Shown: in pieces, positions 35,601 to 50,600 of the stretch
Layout of the letters: each line of letters opens with the position of its first letter
Numbering within the stretch: position 1 is the first letter of the stretch
Assembly: GCA_964016885.1 (NCBI GenBank)
Contig: OZ024743.1
Coordinates: 339,140,001 to 339,204,000, forward strand
Direction of reading: 5' to 3'
DNA length: 64,000 nt
Source of the DNA: Eledone cirrhosa
Taxonomy: Eukaryota
The notes under the pieces: model-generated
Seen by the model: the letters and a program-made list of their open reading frames with translations, nothing else
Databases searched by the model: none
Told to the model about the DNA's origin: nothing
Made by a program: the position numbers and the translations under genes

Positions 35601-38600
35601 CCGTGCCTTCGAAGAAGGAAGAAGGAAAGGATTTTGTTTTTTTTGTTTTGAAGATACGCTAGAATTAGGGATTGAGGTTTGAAAATACGTTAGGAATTAA
35701 GGTTTGAAAATAGCTAGCAAGAAGGTAATGATTGAATGGGGTCCATGCATTTAACAAGCGATTAACAAAAATACAAAATTTGTTCTGTTAAATACGTCCA
35801 AAAACCTACGTATTTAGCAATTAATAGAAACAGAAAATGTAGTTTGTTTTAGCGATAGATTGGCTATTTGGACTTGATACGAAATATGGATTGTTTTGAA
35901 AATACGCTAGAATAAAGATTTGTGGAGGGAGAGAGATGAAGTCTGTACATTACGTTTACATGAATATCGTGGTCAGCAAGCAATGAAATGAAATTTGGCG
36001 AAGTGAATTCCTATCATATATTTATAGAGAGAGAGAGAGAGTGAGAGAGAGCGAGGGGAGGGGGCCACATGATGGCTGTGAGTGTTAGGCGTTTGACCGC
36101 CCCGTGCCTTCGAAGAAGGAAGAAGGAAAGGATTTTGTTTTTTTTGTTTTGAAGATACGCTAGAATTAGGGATTGAGGTTTGAAAATACGTTAGGAATTA
36201 AGGTTTGAAAATAGCTAGCAAGAAGGTAATGATTGAATGGGGTCCATGCATTTAACAAGCGATTAACAAAAATACAAAATTTGTTCTGTTAAATACGTCC
36301 AAAAACCTACGTATTTAGCAATTAATAGAAACAGAAAATGTAGTTTGTTTTAGCGATAGATTTGAAGATACGCTAGAATTAGGGATTGAGGTTTGAAAAT
36401 ACGTTAGGAATTAAGGTTTGAAAATAGCTAGCAAGAAGGTAATGATTGAATGGGGTCCATGCATTTAACAAGCGATTAACAAAAATACAAAATTTGTTCT
36501 GTTAAATACGTCCAAAAACCTACGTATTTAGCAATTAATAGAAACAGAAAATGTAGTTTGTTTTAGCGATAGATTGGCTATTTGGACTTGATACGAAATA
36601 TGGATTGTTTTGAAAATACGCTAGAATTAAGATTTGTGGAGGGAGAGAGATGAAGTCTGTACATTACGTTTACATGAATATCGTGGCCAGCAAGCAATGA
36701 AATGAAATTTGGCGAAGTGAATTCCTATCATATATTTATAGAGAGAGAGAGAGAGTGAGAGAGAGCGAGGGGAGGGGGCCACATGATGGCTGTGAGTGTT
36801 AGGCGTTTGACCGCCCCGTGCCTTCGAAGAAGGAAGAAGGAAAGGATTTTGTTTTTTTTGTTTTGAAGATACGCTAGAATTAGGGATTGAGGTTTGAAAA
36901 TACGTTAGGAATTAAGGTTTGAAAATAGCTAGCAAGAAGGTAATGATTGAATGGGGTCCATGCATTTAACAAGCGATTAACAAAAATACAAAATTTGTTC
37001 TGTTAAATACGTCCAAAAACCTACGTATTTAGCACTTAATAGAAACAGAAAATGTAGTTTGTTTTAGCGATAGATTGGCTATTTGGACTTGATACGAAAT
37101 ATGGATTGTTTTGAAAATACGCTAGAATTAAGATTTGTGGAGGGAGAGAGATGAAGTCTGTACATTACGTTTACATGAATATCGTGGTCAGCAAGCAATG
37201 AAATGAAATTTGGCGAAGTGAATTCCTATCATATATTTATAGAGAGAGAGAGAGAGTGAGAGAGAGCGAGGGGAGGGGGCCACATGATGGCTGTGAGTGT
37301 TAGGCGTTTGACCGCCCCGTGCCTTCGAAGAAGGAAGAAGGAAAGGATTTTGTTTTTTTTGTTTTGAAGATACGCTAGAATTAGGGATTGAGGTTTGAAA
37401 ATACGTTAGGAATTAAGGTTTGAAAATAGCTAGCAAGAAGGTAATGATTGAATGGGGTCCATGCATTTAACAAGCGATTAACAAAAATACAAAATTTGTT
37501 CTGTTAAATACGTCCAAAAACCTACGTATTTAGCAATTAATAGAAACAGAAAATGTAGTTTGTTTTAGCGATAGATTTGAAGATACGCTAGAATTAGGGA
37601 TTGAGGTTTGAAAATACGTTAGGAATTAAGGTTTGAAAATAGCTAGCAAGAAGGTAATGATTGAATGGGGTCCATGCATTTAACAAGCGATTAACAAAAA
37701 TACAAAATTTGTTCTGTTAAATACGTCCAAAAACCTACGTATTTAGCAATTAATAGAAACAGAAAATGTAGTTTGTTTTAGCGATAGATTGGCTATTTGG
37801 ACTTGATACGAAATATGGATTGTTTTGAAAATACGCTAGAATTAAGATTTGTGGAGGGAGAGAGATGAAGTCTGTACATTACGTTTACATGAATATCGTG
37901 GTCAGCAAGCAATGAAATGAAATTTGGCGAAGTGAATTCCTATCATATATTTATAGAGAGAGAGAGAGAGTGAGACAGAGCGAGGGGAGGGGGCCACATG
38001 ATGGCTGTGAGTGTTAGGCGTTTGACCGCCCCGTGCCTTCGAAGAAGGAAGAAGGAAAGGATTTTGTTTTTTTTGTTTTGAAGATACGCTAGAATTAGGG
38101 ATTGAGGTTTGAAAATACGTTAGGAATTAAGGTTTGAAAATAGCTAGCAAGGAGGTAATGATTGAATGGGGTCCATGCATTTAACAAGCGATTAACAAAA
38201 ATACAAAATTTGTTCTGTTAAATACGTCCAAAAACCTACGTATTTAGCAATTAATAGAAACAGAAAATGTAGTTTGTTTTAGCGATAGATTGGCTATTTG
38301 GACTTGATACTAAATATGGATTGTTTTGAAAATACGCTAGAATTAAGATTTGTGGAGGGACAGAGATGAAGTCTGTACATTACGTTTACATGAATATCGT
38401 GGTCAGCAAGCAATGAAATGAAATTTGGCGAAGTGAATTCCTATCATATATTTATAGAGAGAGAGAGAGAGTGAGAGAGAGCGAGGGGAGGGGGCCACAT
38501 GATGGCTGTGAGTGTTAGGCGTTTGACCGCCCCGTGCCTTCGAAGAAGGAAGAAGGAAAGGATTTTGTTTTTTTTGTTTTGAAGATACGCTAGAATTAGG

Positions 38601-41600
38601 GATTGAGGTTTGAAAATACGTTAGGAATTAAGGTTTGAAAATAGCTAGCAAGAAGGTAATGATTGAATGTGGTCCATGCATTTAACAAGCGATTAACAAA
38701 AATACAAAATTTGTTCTGTTAAATACGTCCAAAAACCTACGTATTTAGCAATTAATAGAAACAGAAAATGTAGTTTGTTTTAGCGATAGATTTGAAGATA
38801 CGCTAGAATTAGGGATTGAGGTTTGAAAATACGTTAGGAATTAAGGTTTGAAAATAGCTAGCAAGAAGGTAATGATTGAATGGGGTCCATGCATTTAACA
38901 AGCGATTAACAAAAATACAAAATTTGTTCTGTTAAATACGTCCAAAAACCTACGTATTTAGCAATTAATAGAAACAGAAAATGTAGTTTGTTTTAGCGAT
39001 AGATTTGAAGATACGCTAGAATTAGGGATTGAGGTTTGAAAATACGTTAGGAATTAAGGTTTGAAAATAGCTAGCAAGAAGGTAATGATTGAATGGGGTC
39101 CATGCATTTAACAAGCGATTAACAAAAATACAAAATTTGTTCTGTTAAATACGTCCAAAAACCTACGTATTTAGCAATTAATAGAAACAGAAAATGTAGT
39201 TTGTTTTAGCGATAGATTTGAAGATACGCTAGAATTAGGGATTGAGGTTTGAAAATACGTTAGGAATTCAGGTTTGAAAATAGCTAGCAAGAAGGTAATG
39301 ATTGAATGGGGTCCATGCATTTAACAAGCGATTAACAAAAATACAAAATTTGTTCTGTTAAATACGTCCAAAAACCTACGTATTTAGCAATTAATAGAAA
39401 CAGAAAATGTAGTTTGTTTTAGCGATAGATTGGCTATTTGGACTTGATACGAAATATGGATTGTTTTGAAAATACGCTAGAATTAAGATTTGTGGAGGGA
39501 GAGAGATGAAGTCTGTACATTACGTTTACATGAATATCGTGGTCAGCAAGCAATGAAATGAAATTTGGCGAAGTGAATTCCTATCATATATTTATAGAGA
39601 GAGAGAGAGAGTGAGACAGAGCGAGGGGAGGGGGCCACATGATGGCTGTGAGTGTTAGGCGTTTGACCGCCCCGTGCCTTCGAAGAAGGAAGAAGGAAAG
39701 GATTTTGTTTTTTTTGTTTTGAAGATACGCTAGAATTAGGGATTGAGGTTTGAAAATACGTTAGGAATTAAGGTTTGAAAATAGCTAGCAAGAAGGTAAT
39801 GATTGAATGTGGTCCATGCATTTAACAAGCGATTAACAAAAATACAAAATTTGTTCTGTTAAATACGTCCAAAAACCTACGTATTTAGCAATTAATAGAA
39901 ACAGAAAATGTAGTTTGTTTTAGCGATAGATTTGAAGATACGCTAGAATTAGGGATTGAGGTTTGAAAATACGTTAGGAATTAAGGTTTGAAAATAGCTA
40001 GCAAGAAGGTAATGATTGAATGGGGTCCATGCATTTAACAAGCGATTAACAAAAATACAAAATTTGTTCTGTTAAATACGTCCAAAAACCTACGTATTTA
40101 GCAATTAATAGAAACAGAAAATGTAGTTTGTTTTAGCGATAGATTGGCTATTTGGACTTGATACGAAATATGGATTGTTTTGAAAATACGCTAGAATGAG
40201 GATTTGTGGAGGGAGAGAGATGAAGTCTGTACATTACGTTTACATGAATATCGTGGCCAGCAAGCAATGAAATGAAATTTGGCGAAGTGAATTCCTATCA
40301 TATATTTATAGAGAGAGAGAGAGAGTGAGAGAGAGCGAGGGGAGGGGGCCACATGATGGCTGTGAGTGTTAGGCGTTTGACCGCCCCGTGCCTTCGAAGA
40401 AGGAAGAAGGAAAGGATTTTGTTTTTTTTGTTTTGAAGATACGCTAGAATTAGGGATTGAGGTTTGAAAATACGTTAGGAATTAAGGTTTGAAAATAGCT
40501 AGCAAGAAGGTAATGATTGAATGGGGTCCATGCATTTAACAAGCGATTAACAAAAATACAAAATTTGTTCTGTTAAATACGTCCAAAAACCTACGTATTT
40601 AGCAATTAATAGAAACAGAAAATGTAGTTTGTTTTAGCGATAGATTGGCTATTTGGACTTGATACGAAATATGGATTGTTTTGAAAATACGCTAGAATTA
40701 AGATTTGTGGAGGGAGAGAGATGAAGTCTGTACATTACGTTTACATGAATATCGTGGCCAGCAAGCAATGAAATGAAATTTGGCGAAGTGAATTCCTATC
40801 ATATATTTATAGAGAGAGAGAGAGAGTGAGACAGAGCGAGGGGAGGGGGCCACATGATGGCTGTGAGTGTTAGGCGTTTGACCGCCCCGTGCCTTCGAAG
40901 AAGGAAGAAGGAAAGGATTTTGTTTTTTTTGTTTTGAAGATACGCTAGAATTAGGGATTGAGGTTTGAAAATACGTTAGGAATTAAGGTTTGAAAATAGC
41001 TAGCAAGAAGGTAATGATTGAATGGGGTCCATGCATTTAACAAGCGATTAACAAAAATACAAAATTTGTTCTGTTAAATACGTCCAAAAACCTACGTATT
41101 TAGCACTTAATAGAAACAGAAAATGTAGTTTGTTTTAGCGATAGATTGGCTATTTGGACTTGATACGAAATATGGATTGTTTTGAAAATACGCTAGAATT
41201 AAGATTTGTGGAGGGAGAGAGATGAAGTCTGTACATTACGTTTACATGAATATCGTGGTCAGCAAGCAATGAAATGAAATTTGGCGAAGTGAATTCCTAT
41301 CATATATTTATAGAGAGAGAGAGAGAGTGAGAGAGAGCGAGGGGAGGGGGCCACATGATGGCTGTGAGTGTTAGGCGTTTGACCGCCCCGTGCCTTCGAA
41401 GAAGGAAGAAGGAAAGGATTTTGTTTTTTTTGTTTTGAAGATACGCTAGAATTAGGGATTGAGGTTTGAAAATACGTTAGGAATTAAGGTTTGAAAATAG
41501 CTAGCAAGAAGGTAATGATTGAATGGGGTCCATGCATTTAACAAGCGATTAACAAAAATACAAAATTTGTTCTGTTAAATACGTCCAAAAACCTACGTAT

Positions 41601-44600
41601 TTAGCAATTAATAGAAACAGAAAATGTAGTTTGTTTTAGCGATAGATTTGAAGATACGCTAGAATTAGGGATTGAGGTTTGAAAATACGTTAGGAATTAA
41701 GGTTTGAAAATAGCTAGCAAGAAGGTAATGATTGAATGGGGTCCATGCATTTAACAAGCGATTAACAAAAATACAAAATTTGTTCTGTTAAATACGTCCA
41801 AAAACCTACGTATTTAGCAATTAATAGAAACAGAAAATGTAGTTTGTTTTAGCGATAGATTGGCTATTTGGACTTGATACGAAATATGGATTGTTTTGAA
41901 AATACGCTAGAATTAAGATTTGTGGAGGGAGAGAGATGAAGTCTGTACATTACGTTTACATGAATATCGTGGCCAGCAAGCAATGAAATGAAATTTGGCG
42001 AAGTGAATTCCTATCATATATTTATAGAGAGAGAGAGAGAGTGAGAGAGAGCGAGGGGAGGGGGCCACATGATGGCTGTGAGTGTTAGGCGTTTGACCGC
42101 CCCGTGCCTTCGAAGAAGGAAGAAGGAAAGGATTTTGTTTTTTTTGTTTTGAAGATACGCTAGAATTAGGGATTGAGGTTTGAAAATACGTTAGGAATTA
42201 AGGTTTGAAAATAGCTAGCAAGAAGGTAATGATTGAATGGGGTCCATGCATTTAACAAGCGATTAACAAAAATACAAAATTTGTTCTGTTAAATACGTCC
42301 AAAAACCTACGTATTTAGCAATTAATAGAAACAGAAAATGTAGTTTGTTTTAGCGATTGATTGGCTATTTGGACTTGATACGAAATATGGATTGTTTTGA
42401 AAATACGCTAGAATTAAGATTTGTGGAGGGAGAGAGATGAAGTCTGTACATTACGTTTACATGAATATCGTGGCCAGCAAGCAATGAAATGAAATTTGGG
42501 GAAGTGAATTCCTATCATATATTTATAGAGAGAGAGAGAGAGTGAGAGAGAGCGAGGGGAGGGGGCCACATGATGGCTGTGAGTGTTAGGCGTTTGACCG
42601 CCCCGTGCCTTCGAAGAAGGAAGAAGGAAAGGATTTTGTTTTTTTTGTTTTGAAGATACGCTATAATTAGGGATTGAGGTTTGAAAATACGTTAGGAATT
42701 AAGGTTTGAAAATAGCTAGCAAGAAGGTAATGATTGAATGGGGTCCATGCATTTAACAAGCGATTAACAAAAATACAAAATTTGTTCTGTTAAATACGTC
42801 CAAAAACCTACGTATTTAGCAATTAATAGAAACAGAAAATGTAGTTTGTTTTAGCGATAGATTGGCTATTTGGACTTGATACGAAATATGGATTGTTTTG
42901 AAAATACGCTAGAATTAAGATTTGTGGAGGGAGAGAGATGAAGTCTGTACATTACGTTTACATGAATATCGTGGCCAGCAAGCAATGAAATGAAATTTGG
43001 CGAAGTGAATTCCTATCATATATTTATAGAGAGAGAGAGAGAGTGAGAGAGAGCGAGGGGAGGGGGCCACATGATGGCTGTGAGTGTTAGGCGTTTGACC
43101 GCCCCGTGCCTTCGAAGAAGGAAGAAGGAAAGGATTTTGTTTTTTTTGTTTTGAAGATACGCTAGAATTAGGGATTGAGGTTTGAAAATACGTTAGGAAT
43201 TAAGGTTTGAAAATAGCTAGCAAGAAGGTAATGATTGAATGGGGTCCATGCATTTAACAAGCGATTAACAAAAATACAAAATTTGTTCTGTTAAATACGT
43301 CCAAAAACCTACGTATTTAGCAATTAATAGAAACAGAAAATGTAGTTTGTTTTAGCGATTGATTGGCTATTTGGACTTGATACGAAATATGGATTGTTTT
43401 GAAAATACGCTAGAATTAAGATTTGTGGAGGGAGAGAGATGAAGTCTGTACATTACGTTTACATGAATATCGTGGCCAGCAAGCAATGAAATGAAATTTG
43501 GGGAAGTGAATTCCTATCATATATTTATAGAGAGAGAGAGAGAGTGAGAGAGAGCGAGGGGAGGGGGCCACATGATGGCTGTGAGTGTTAGGCGTTTGAC
43601 CGCCCCGTGCCTTCGAAGAAGGAAGAAGGAAAGGATTTTGTTTTTTTTGTTTTGAAGATACGCTATAATTAGGGATTGAGGTTTGAAAATACGTTAGGAA
43701 TTAAGGTTTGAAAATAGCTAGCAAGAAGGTAATGATTGAATGGGGTCCATGCATTTAACAAGCGATTAACAAAAATACAAAATTTGTTCTGTTAAATACG
43801 TCCAAAAACCTACGTATTTAGCAATTAATAGAAACAGAAAATGTAGTTTGTTTTAGCGATAGATTGGCTATTTGGACTTGATACGAAATATGGATTGTTT
43901 TGAAAATACGCTAGAATTAAGATTTGTGGAGGGAGAGAGATGAAGTCTGTACATTACGTTTACATGAATATCGTGGCCAGGAAGCAATGAAATGAAATTT
44001 GGCGAAGTGAATTCCTATCATATATTTATAGAGAGAGAGAGAGAGTGAGAGAGAGCGAGGGGAGGGGGCCACATGATGGCTGTGAGTGTTAGGCGTTTGA
44101 CCGCCCCGTGCCTTCGAAGAAGGAAGAAGGAAAGGATTTTGTTTTTTTTGTTTTGAAGATACGCTAGAATTAGGGATTGAGGTTTGAAAATACGTTAGGA
44201 ATTAAGGTTTGAAAATAGCTAGCAAGAAGGTAATGATTGAATGGGGTCCATGCATTTAACAAGCGATTAACAAAAATACAAAATTTGTTCTGTTAAATAC
44301 GTCCAAAAACCTACGTATTTAGCAATTAATAGAAACAGAAAATGTAGTTTGTTTTAGCGATAGATTGGCTATTTGGACTTGATACGAAATATGGATTGTT
44401 TTGAAAATACGCTAGAATTAAGATTTGTGGAGGGAGAGAGATGAAGTCTGTACATTACGTTTACATGAATATCGTGGCCAGCAAGCAATGAAATGAAATT
44501 TGGCGAAGTGAATTCCTATCATATATTTATAGAGAGAGAGAGAGAGTGAGAGAGAGCGAGGGGAGGGGGCCACATGATGGCTGTGAGTGTTAGGCGTTTG

Positions 44601-47600
44601 ACCGCCCCGTGCCTTGGAAGAAGGAAAGGATTTTGTTTTTTTTGTTTTGAAGATACGCTAGAATTAGGGATTGAGGTTTGAAAATACGTTAGGAATTAAG
44701 GTTTGAAAATAGCTAGCAAGAAGGTAATGATTGAATGGGGTCCATGCATTTAACAAGCGATTAACAAAAATACAAAATTTGTTCTGTTAAATACGTCCAA
44801 AAACCTACGTATTTAGCAATTAATAGAAACAGAAAATGTAGTTTGTTTTAGCGATAGATTGGCTATTTGGACTTGATACGAAATATGGATTGTTTTGAAA
44901 ATACGCTAGAATTAAGATTTGTGGAGGGAGAGAGATGAAGTCTGTACATTACGTTTACATGAATATCGTGGCCAGCAAGCAATGAAATGAAATTTGGCGA
45001 AGTGAATTCCTATCATATATTTATAGAGAGAGAGAGAGAGTGAGAGAGAGCGAGGGGAGGGGGCCACATGATGGCTGTGAGTGTTAGGCGTTTGATCGCC
45101 CCGTGCCTTCGAAGAAGGAAGAAGGAAAGGATTTTGTTTTTTTTGTTTTGAAGATACGCTAGAATTAGGGATTGAGGTTTGAAAATACGTTAGGAATTAA
45201 GGTTTGAAAATAGCTAGCAAGAAGGTAATGATTGAATGGGGTCCATGCATTTAACAAGCGATTAACAAAAATACAAAATTTGTTCTGTTAAATACGTCCA
45301 AAAACCTACGTATTTAGCAATTAATAGAAACAGAAAATGTAGTTTGTTTTAGCGATAGATTGGCTATTTGGACTTGATACGAAATATGGATTGTTTTGAA
45401 AATACGCTAGAATTAAGATTTGTGGAGGGAGAGAGATGAAGTCTGTACATTACGTTTACATGAATATCGTGGCCAGCAAGCAATGAAATGAAATTTGGCG
45501 AAGTGAATTCCTATCATATATTTATAGAGAGAGAGAGAGAGTGAGACAGAGCGAGGGGAGGGGGCCACATGATGGCTGTGAGTGTTAGGCGTTTGACCGC
45601 CCCGTGCCTTCGAAGAAGGAAGAAGGAAAGGATTTTGTTTTTTTTTGTTTTGAAGATACGCTAGAATTAGGGATTGAGGTTTGAAAATACGTTAGGAATT
45701 AAGGTTTGAAAATAGCTAGCAAGAAGGTAATGATTGAATGGGGTCCATGCATTTAACAAGCGATTAACAAAAATACAAAATTTGTTCTGTTAAATACGTC
45801 CAAAAACCTACGTATTTAGCAATTAATAGAAACAGAAAATGTAGTTTGTTTTAGCGATAGATTGGCTATTTGGACTTGATACGAAATATGGATTGTTTTG
45901 AAAATACGCTAGAATTAAGATTTGTGGAGGGAGAGAGATGAAGTCTGTACATTACGTTTACATGAATATCGTGGTCAGCAAGCAATGAAATGAAATTTGG
46001 CGAAGTGAATTCCTATCATATATTTATAGAGAGAGAGAGAGAGTGAGAGAGAGCGAGGGGAGGGGGCCACATGATGGCTGTGAGTGTTAGGCGTTTGACC
46101 GCCCCGTGCCTTCGAAGAAGGAAGAAGGAAAGGATTTTGTTTTTTTTGTTTTGAAGATACGCTAGAATTAGGGATTGAGGTTTGAAAATACGTTAGGAAT
46201 TAAGGTTTGAAAATAGCTAGCAAGAAGGTAATGATTGAATGGGGTCCATGCATTTAACAAGCGATTAACAAAAATACAAAATTTGTTCTGTTAAATACGT
46301 CCAAAAACCTACGTATTTAGCAATTAATAGAAACAGAAAATGTAGTTTGTTTTAGCGATAGATTTGAAGATACGCTAGAATTAGGGATTGAGGTTTGAAA
46401 ATACGTTAGGAATTAAGGTTTGAAAATAGCTAGCAAGAAGGTAATGATTGAATGGGGTCCATGCATTTAACAAGCGATTAACAAAAATACAAAATTTGTT
46501 CTGTTAAATACGTCCAAAAACCTACGTATTTAGCAATTAATAGAAACAGAAAATGTAGTTTGTTTTAGCGATAGATTGGCTATTTGGACTTGATACGAAA
46601 TATGGATTGTTTTGAAAATACGCTAGAATTAAGATTTGTGGAGGGAGAGAGATGAAGTCTGTACATTACGTTTACATGAATATCGTGGCCAGCAAGCAAT
46701 GAAATGAAATTTGGCGAAGTGAATTCCTATCATATATTTATAGAGAGAGAGAGTGAGAGAGAGCGAGGGGAGGGGGCCACATGATGGCTGTGAGTGTTAG
46801 GCGTTTGACCGCCCCGTTCCTTCGAAGAAGGAAGAAGGAAAGGATTTTGTTTTTTTTGTTTTGAAGATACGCTAGAATTAGGGATTGAGGTTTGAAAATA
46901 CGTTAGGAATTAAGGTTTGAAAATAGCTAGAAAGAAGGTAATGATTGAATGGGGTCCATGCATTTAACAAGCGATTAACAAAAATACAAAATTTGTTCTG
47001 TTAAATACGTCCAAAAACCTACGTATTTAGCAATTAATAGAAACAGAAAATGTAGTTTGTTTTAGCGATAGATTTGAAGATACGCTAGAATTAGGGATTG
47101 AGGTTTGAAAATACGTTAGGAATTAAGGTTTGAAAATAGCTAGCAAGAAGGTAATGATTGAATGGGGTCCATGCATTTAACAAGCGATTAACAAAAATAC
47201 AAAATTTGTTCTGTTAAATACGTCCAAAAACCTACGTATTTAGCAATTAATAGAAACAGAAAATGTAGTTTGTTTTAGCGATAGATTGGCTATTTGGACT
47301 TGATACGAAATATGGATTGTTTTGAAAATACGCTAGAATTAAGATTTGTGGAGGGAGAGAGATGAAGTCTGTACATTACGTTTACATGAATATCGTGGCC
47401 AGCAAGCAATGAAATGAAATTTGGCGAAGTGAATTCCTATCATATATTTATAGAGAGAGAGAGAGAGTGAGAGAGAGCGAGGGGAGGGGGCCACATGATG
47501 GCTGTGAGTGTTAGGCGTTTGACCGCCCCGTGCCTTCGAAGAAGGAAGAAGGAAAGGATTTTGTTTTTTTTGTTTTGAAGATACGCTAGAATTAGGGATT

Positions 47601-50600
47601 GAGGTTTGAAAATACGTTAGGAATTAAGGTTTGAAAATAGCTAGCAAGAAGGTAATGATTGAATGGGGTCCATGCATTTAACAAGCGATTAACAAAAATA
47701 CAAAATTTGTTCTGTTAAATACGTCCAAAAACCTACGTATTTAGCAATTAATAGAAACAGAAAATGTAGTTTGTTTTAGCGATAGATTGGCTATTTGGAC
47801 TTGATACGAAATATGGATTGTTTTGAAAATACGCTAGAATTAAGATTTGTGGAGGGAGAGAGATGAAGTCTGTACATTACGTTTACATGAATATCGTGGC
47901 CAGCAAGCAATGAAATGAAATTTGGCGAAGTGAATTCCTATCATATATTTATAGAGAGAGAGAGAGAGTGAGAGAGAGCGAGGGGAGGGGGCCACATGAT
48001 GGCTGTGAGTGTTAGGCGTTTGACCGCCCCGTGCCTTGGAAGAAGGAAAGGATTTTGTTTTTTTTGTTTTGAAGATACGCTAGAATTAGGGATTGAGGTT
48101 TGAAAATACGTTAGGAATTAAGGTTTGAAAATAGCTAGCAAGAAGGTAATGATTGAATGGGGTCCATGCATTTAACAAGCGATTAACAAAAATACAAAAT
48201 TTGTTCTGTTAAATACGTCCAAAAACCTACGTATTTAGCAATTAATAGAAACAGAAAATGTAGTTTGTTTTAGCGATAGATTGGCTATTTGGACTTGATA
48301 CGAAATATGGATTGTTTTGAAAATACGCTAGAATTAAGATTTGTGGAGGGAGAGAGATGAAGTCTGTACATTACGTTTACATGAATATCGTGGCCAGCAA
48401 GCAATGAAATGAAATTTGGCGAAGTGAATTCCTATCATATATTTATAGAGAGAGAGAGAGAGTGAGAGAGAGCGAGGGGAGGGGGCCACATGATGGCTGT
48501 GAGTGTTAGGCGTTTGACCGCCCCGTGCCTTCGAAGAAGGAAGAAGGAAAGGATTTTGTTTTTTTTGTTTTGAAGATACGCTAGAATTAGGGATTGAGGT
48601 TTGAAAATACGTTAGGAATTAAGGTTTGAAAATAGCTAGCAAGAAGGTAATGATTGAATGGGGTCCATGCATTTAACAAGCGATTAACAAAAATACAAAA
48701 TTTGTTCTGTTAAATACGTCCAAAAACCTACGTATTTAGCAATTAATAGAAACAGAAAATGTAGTTTGTTTTAGCGATAGATTGGCTATTTGGACTTGAT
48801 ACGAAATATGGATTGTTTTGAAAATACGCTAGAATTAAGATTTGTGGAGGGAGAGAGATGAAGTCTGTACATTACGTTTACATGAATATCGTGGTCAGCA
48901 AGCAATGAAATGAAATTTGGCGAAGTGAATTCATATCATATATTTATAGAGAGAGAGAGAGAGTGAGAGAGAGCGAGGGGAGGGGGCCACATGATGGCTG
49001 TGAGTGTTAGGCGTTTGACCGCCCCGTGCCTTCGAAGAAGGAAGAAGGAAAGGATTTTGTTTTTTTTGTTTTGAAAATACGTTAGGAATTAAGGTTTGAA
49101 AATAGCTAGCAAGAAGGTAATGATTGAATGGGGTCCATGCATTTAACAAGCGATTAACAAAAATACAAAATTTGTTCTGTTAAATACGTCCAAAAACCTA
49201 TGTATTTAGCAATTAATAGAAACAGAAAATGTAGTTTGTTTTAGCGATAGATTTGAAGATACGCTAGAATTAGGGATTGAGGTTTGAAAATACGTTAGGA
49301 ATTAAGGTTTGAAAATAGCTAGCAAGAAGGTAATGATTGAATGGGGTCCATGCATTTAACAAGCGATTAACAAAAATACAAAATTTGTTCTGTTAAATAC
49401 GTCCAAAAACCTACGTATTTAGCAATTAATAGAAACAGAAAATGTAGTTTGTTTTAGCGATAGATTTGAAGATACGCTAGAATTAGGGATTGAGGTTTGA
49501 AAATACGTTAGGAATTAAGGTTTGAAAATAGCTAGCAAGAAGGTAATGATTGAATGGGGTCCATGCATTTAACAAGCGATTAACAAAAATACAAAATTTG
49601 TTCTGTTAAATACGTCCAAAAACCTACGTATTTAGCAATTAATAGAAACAGAAAATGTAGTTTGTTTTAGCGATAGATTGGCTATTTGGACTTGATACGA
49701 AATATGGATTGTTTTGAAAATACGCTAGAATTAAGATTTGTGGAGGGAGAGAGATGAAGTCTGTACATTACGTTTACATGAATATCGTGGTCAGCAAGCA
49801 ATGAAATGAAATTTGGCGAAGTGAATTCATATCATATATTTATAGAGAGAGAGAGAGAGTGAGAGAGAGCGAGGGGAGGGGGCCACATGATGGCTGTGAG
49901 TGTTAGGCGTTTGACCGCCCCGTGCCTTCGAAGAAGGAAGAAGGAAAGGATTTTGTTTTTTTTGTTTTGAAGATACGCTAGAATTAGGGATTGAGGTTTG
50001 AAAATACGTTAGGAATTAAGGTTTGAAAATAGCTAGCAAGAAGGTAATGATTGAATGGGGTCCATGCATTTAACAAGCGATTAACAAAAATACAAAATTT
50101 GTTCTGTTAAATACGTCCAAAAACCTACGTATTTAGCAATTAATAGAAACAGAAAATGTAGTTTGTTTTAGCGATAGATTTGAAGATACGCTAGAATTAG
50201 GGATTGAGGTTTGAAAATACGTTAGGAATTAAGGTTTGAAAATAGCTAGCAAGAAGGTAATGATTGAATGGGGTCCATGCATTTAACAAGCGATTAACAA
50301 AAATACAAAATTTGTTCTGTTAAATACGTCCAAAAACCTACGTATTTAGCAATTAATAGAAACAGAAAATGTAGTTTGTTTTAGCGATAGATTGGCTATT
50401 TGGACTTGATACGAAATATGGATTGTTTTGAAAATACGCTAGAATTAAGATTTGTGGAGGGAGAGAGATGAAGTCTGTACATTACGTTTACATGAATATC
50501 GTGGCCAGCAAGCAATGAAATGAAATTTGGCGAAGTGAATTCCTATCATATATTTATAGAGAGAGAGAGAGAGTGAGAGAGAGCGAGGGGAGGGGGCCAC

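Noticed and set aside
27458-49149. Identical 72-aa ORF at 27458, 31255 and 48931
   Set aside because: TTG-initiated by-product of the 470-bp deletion monomer; absent from the standard unit.
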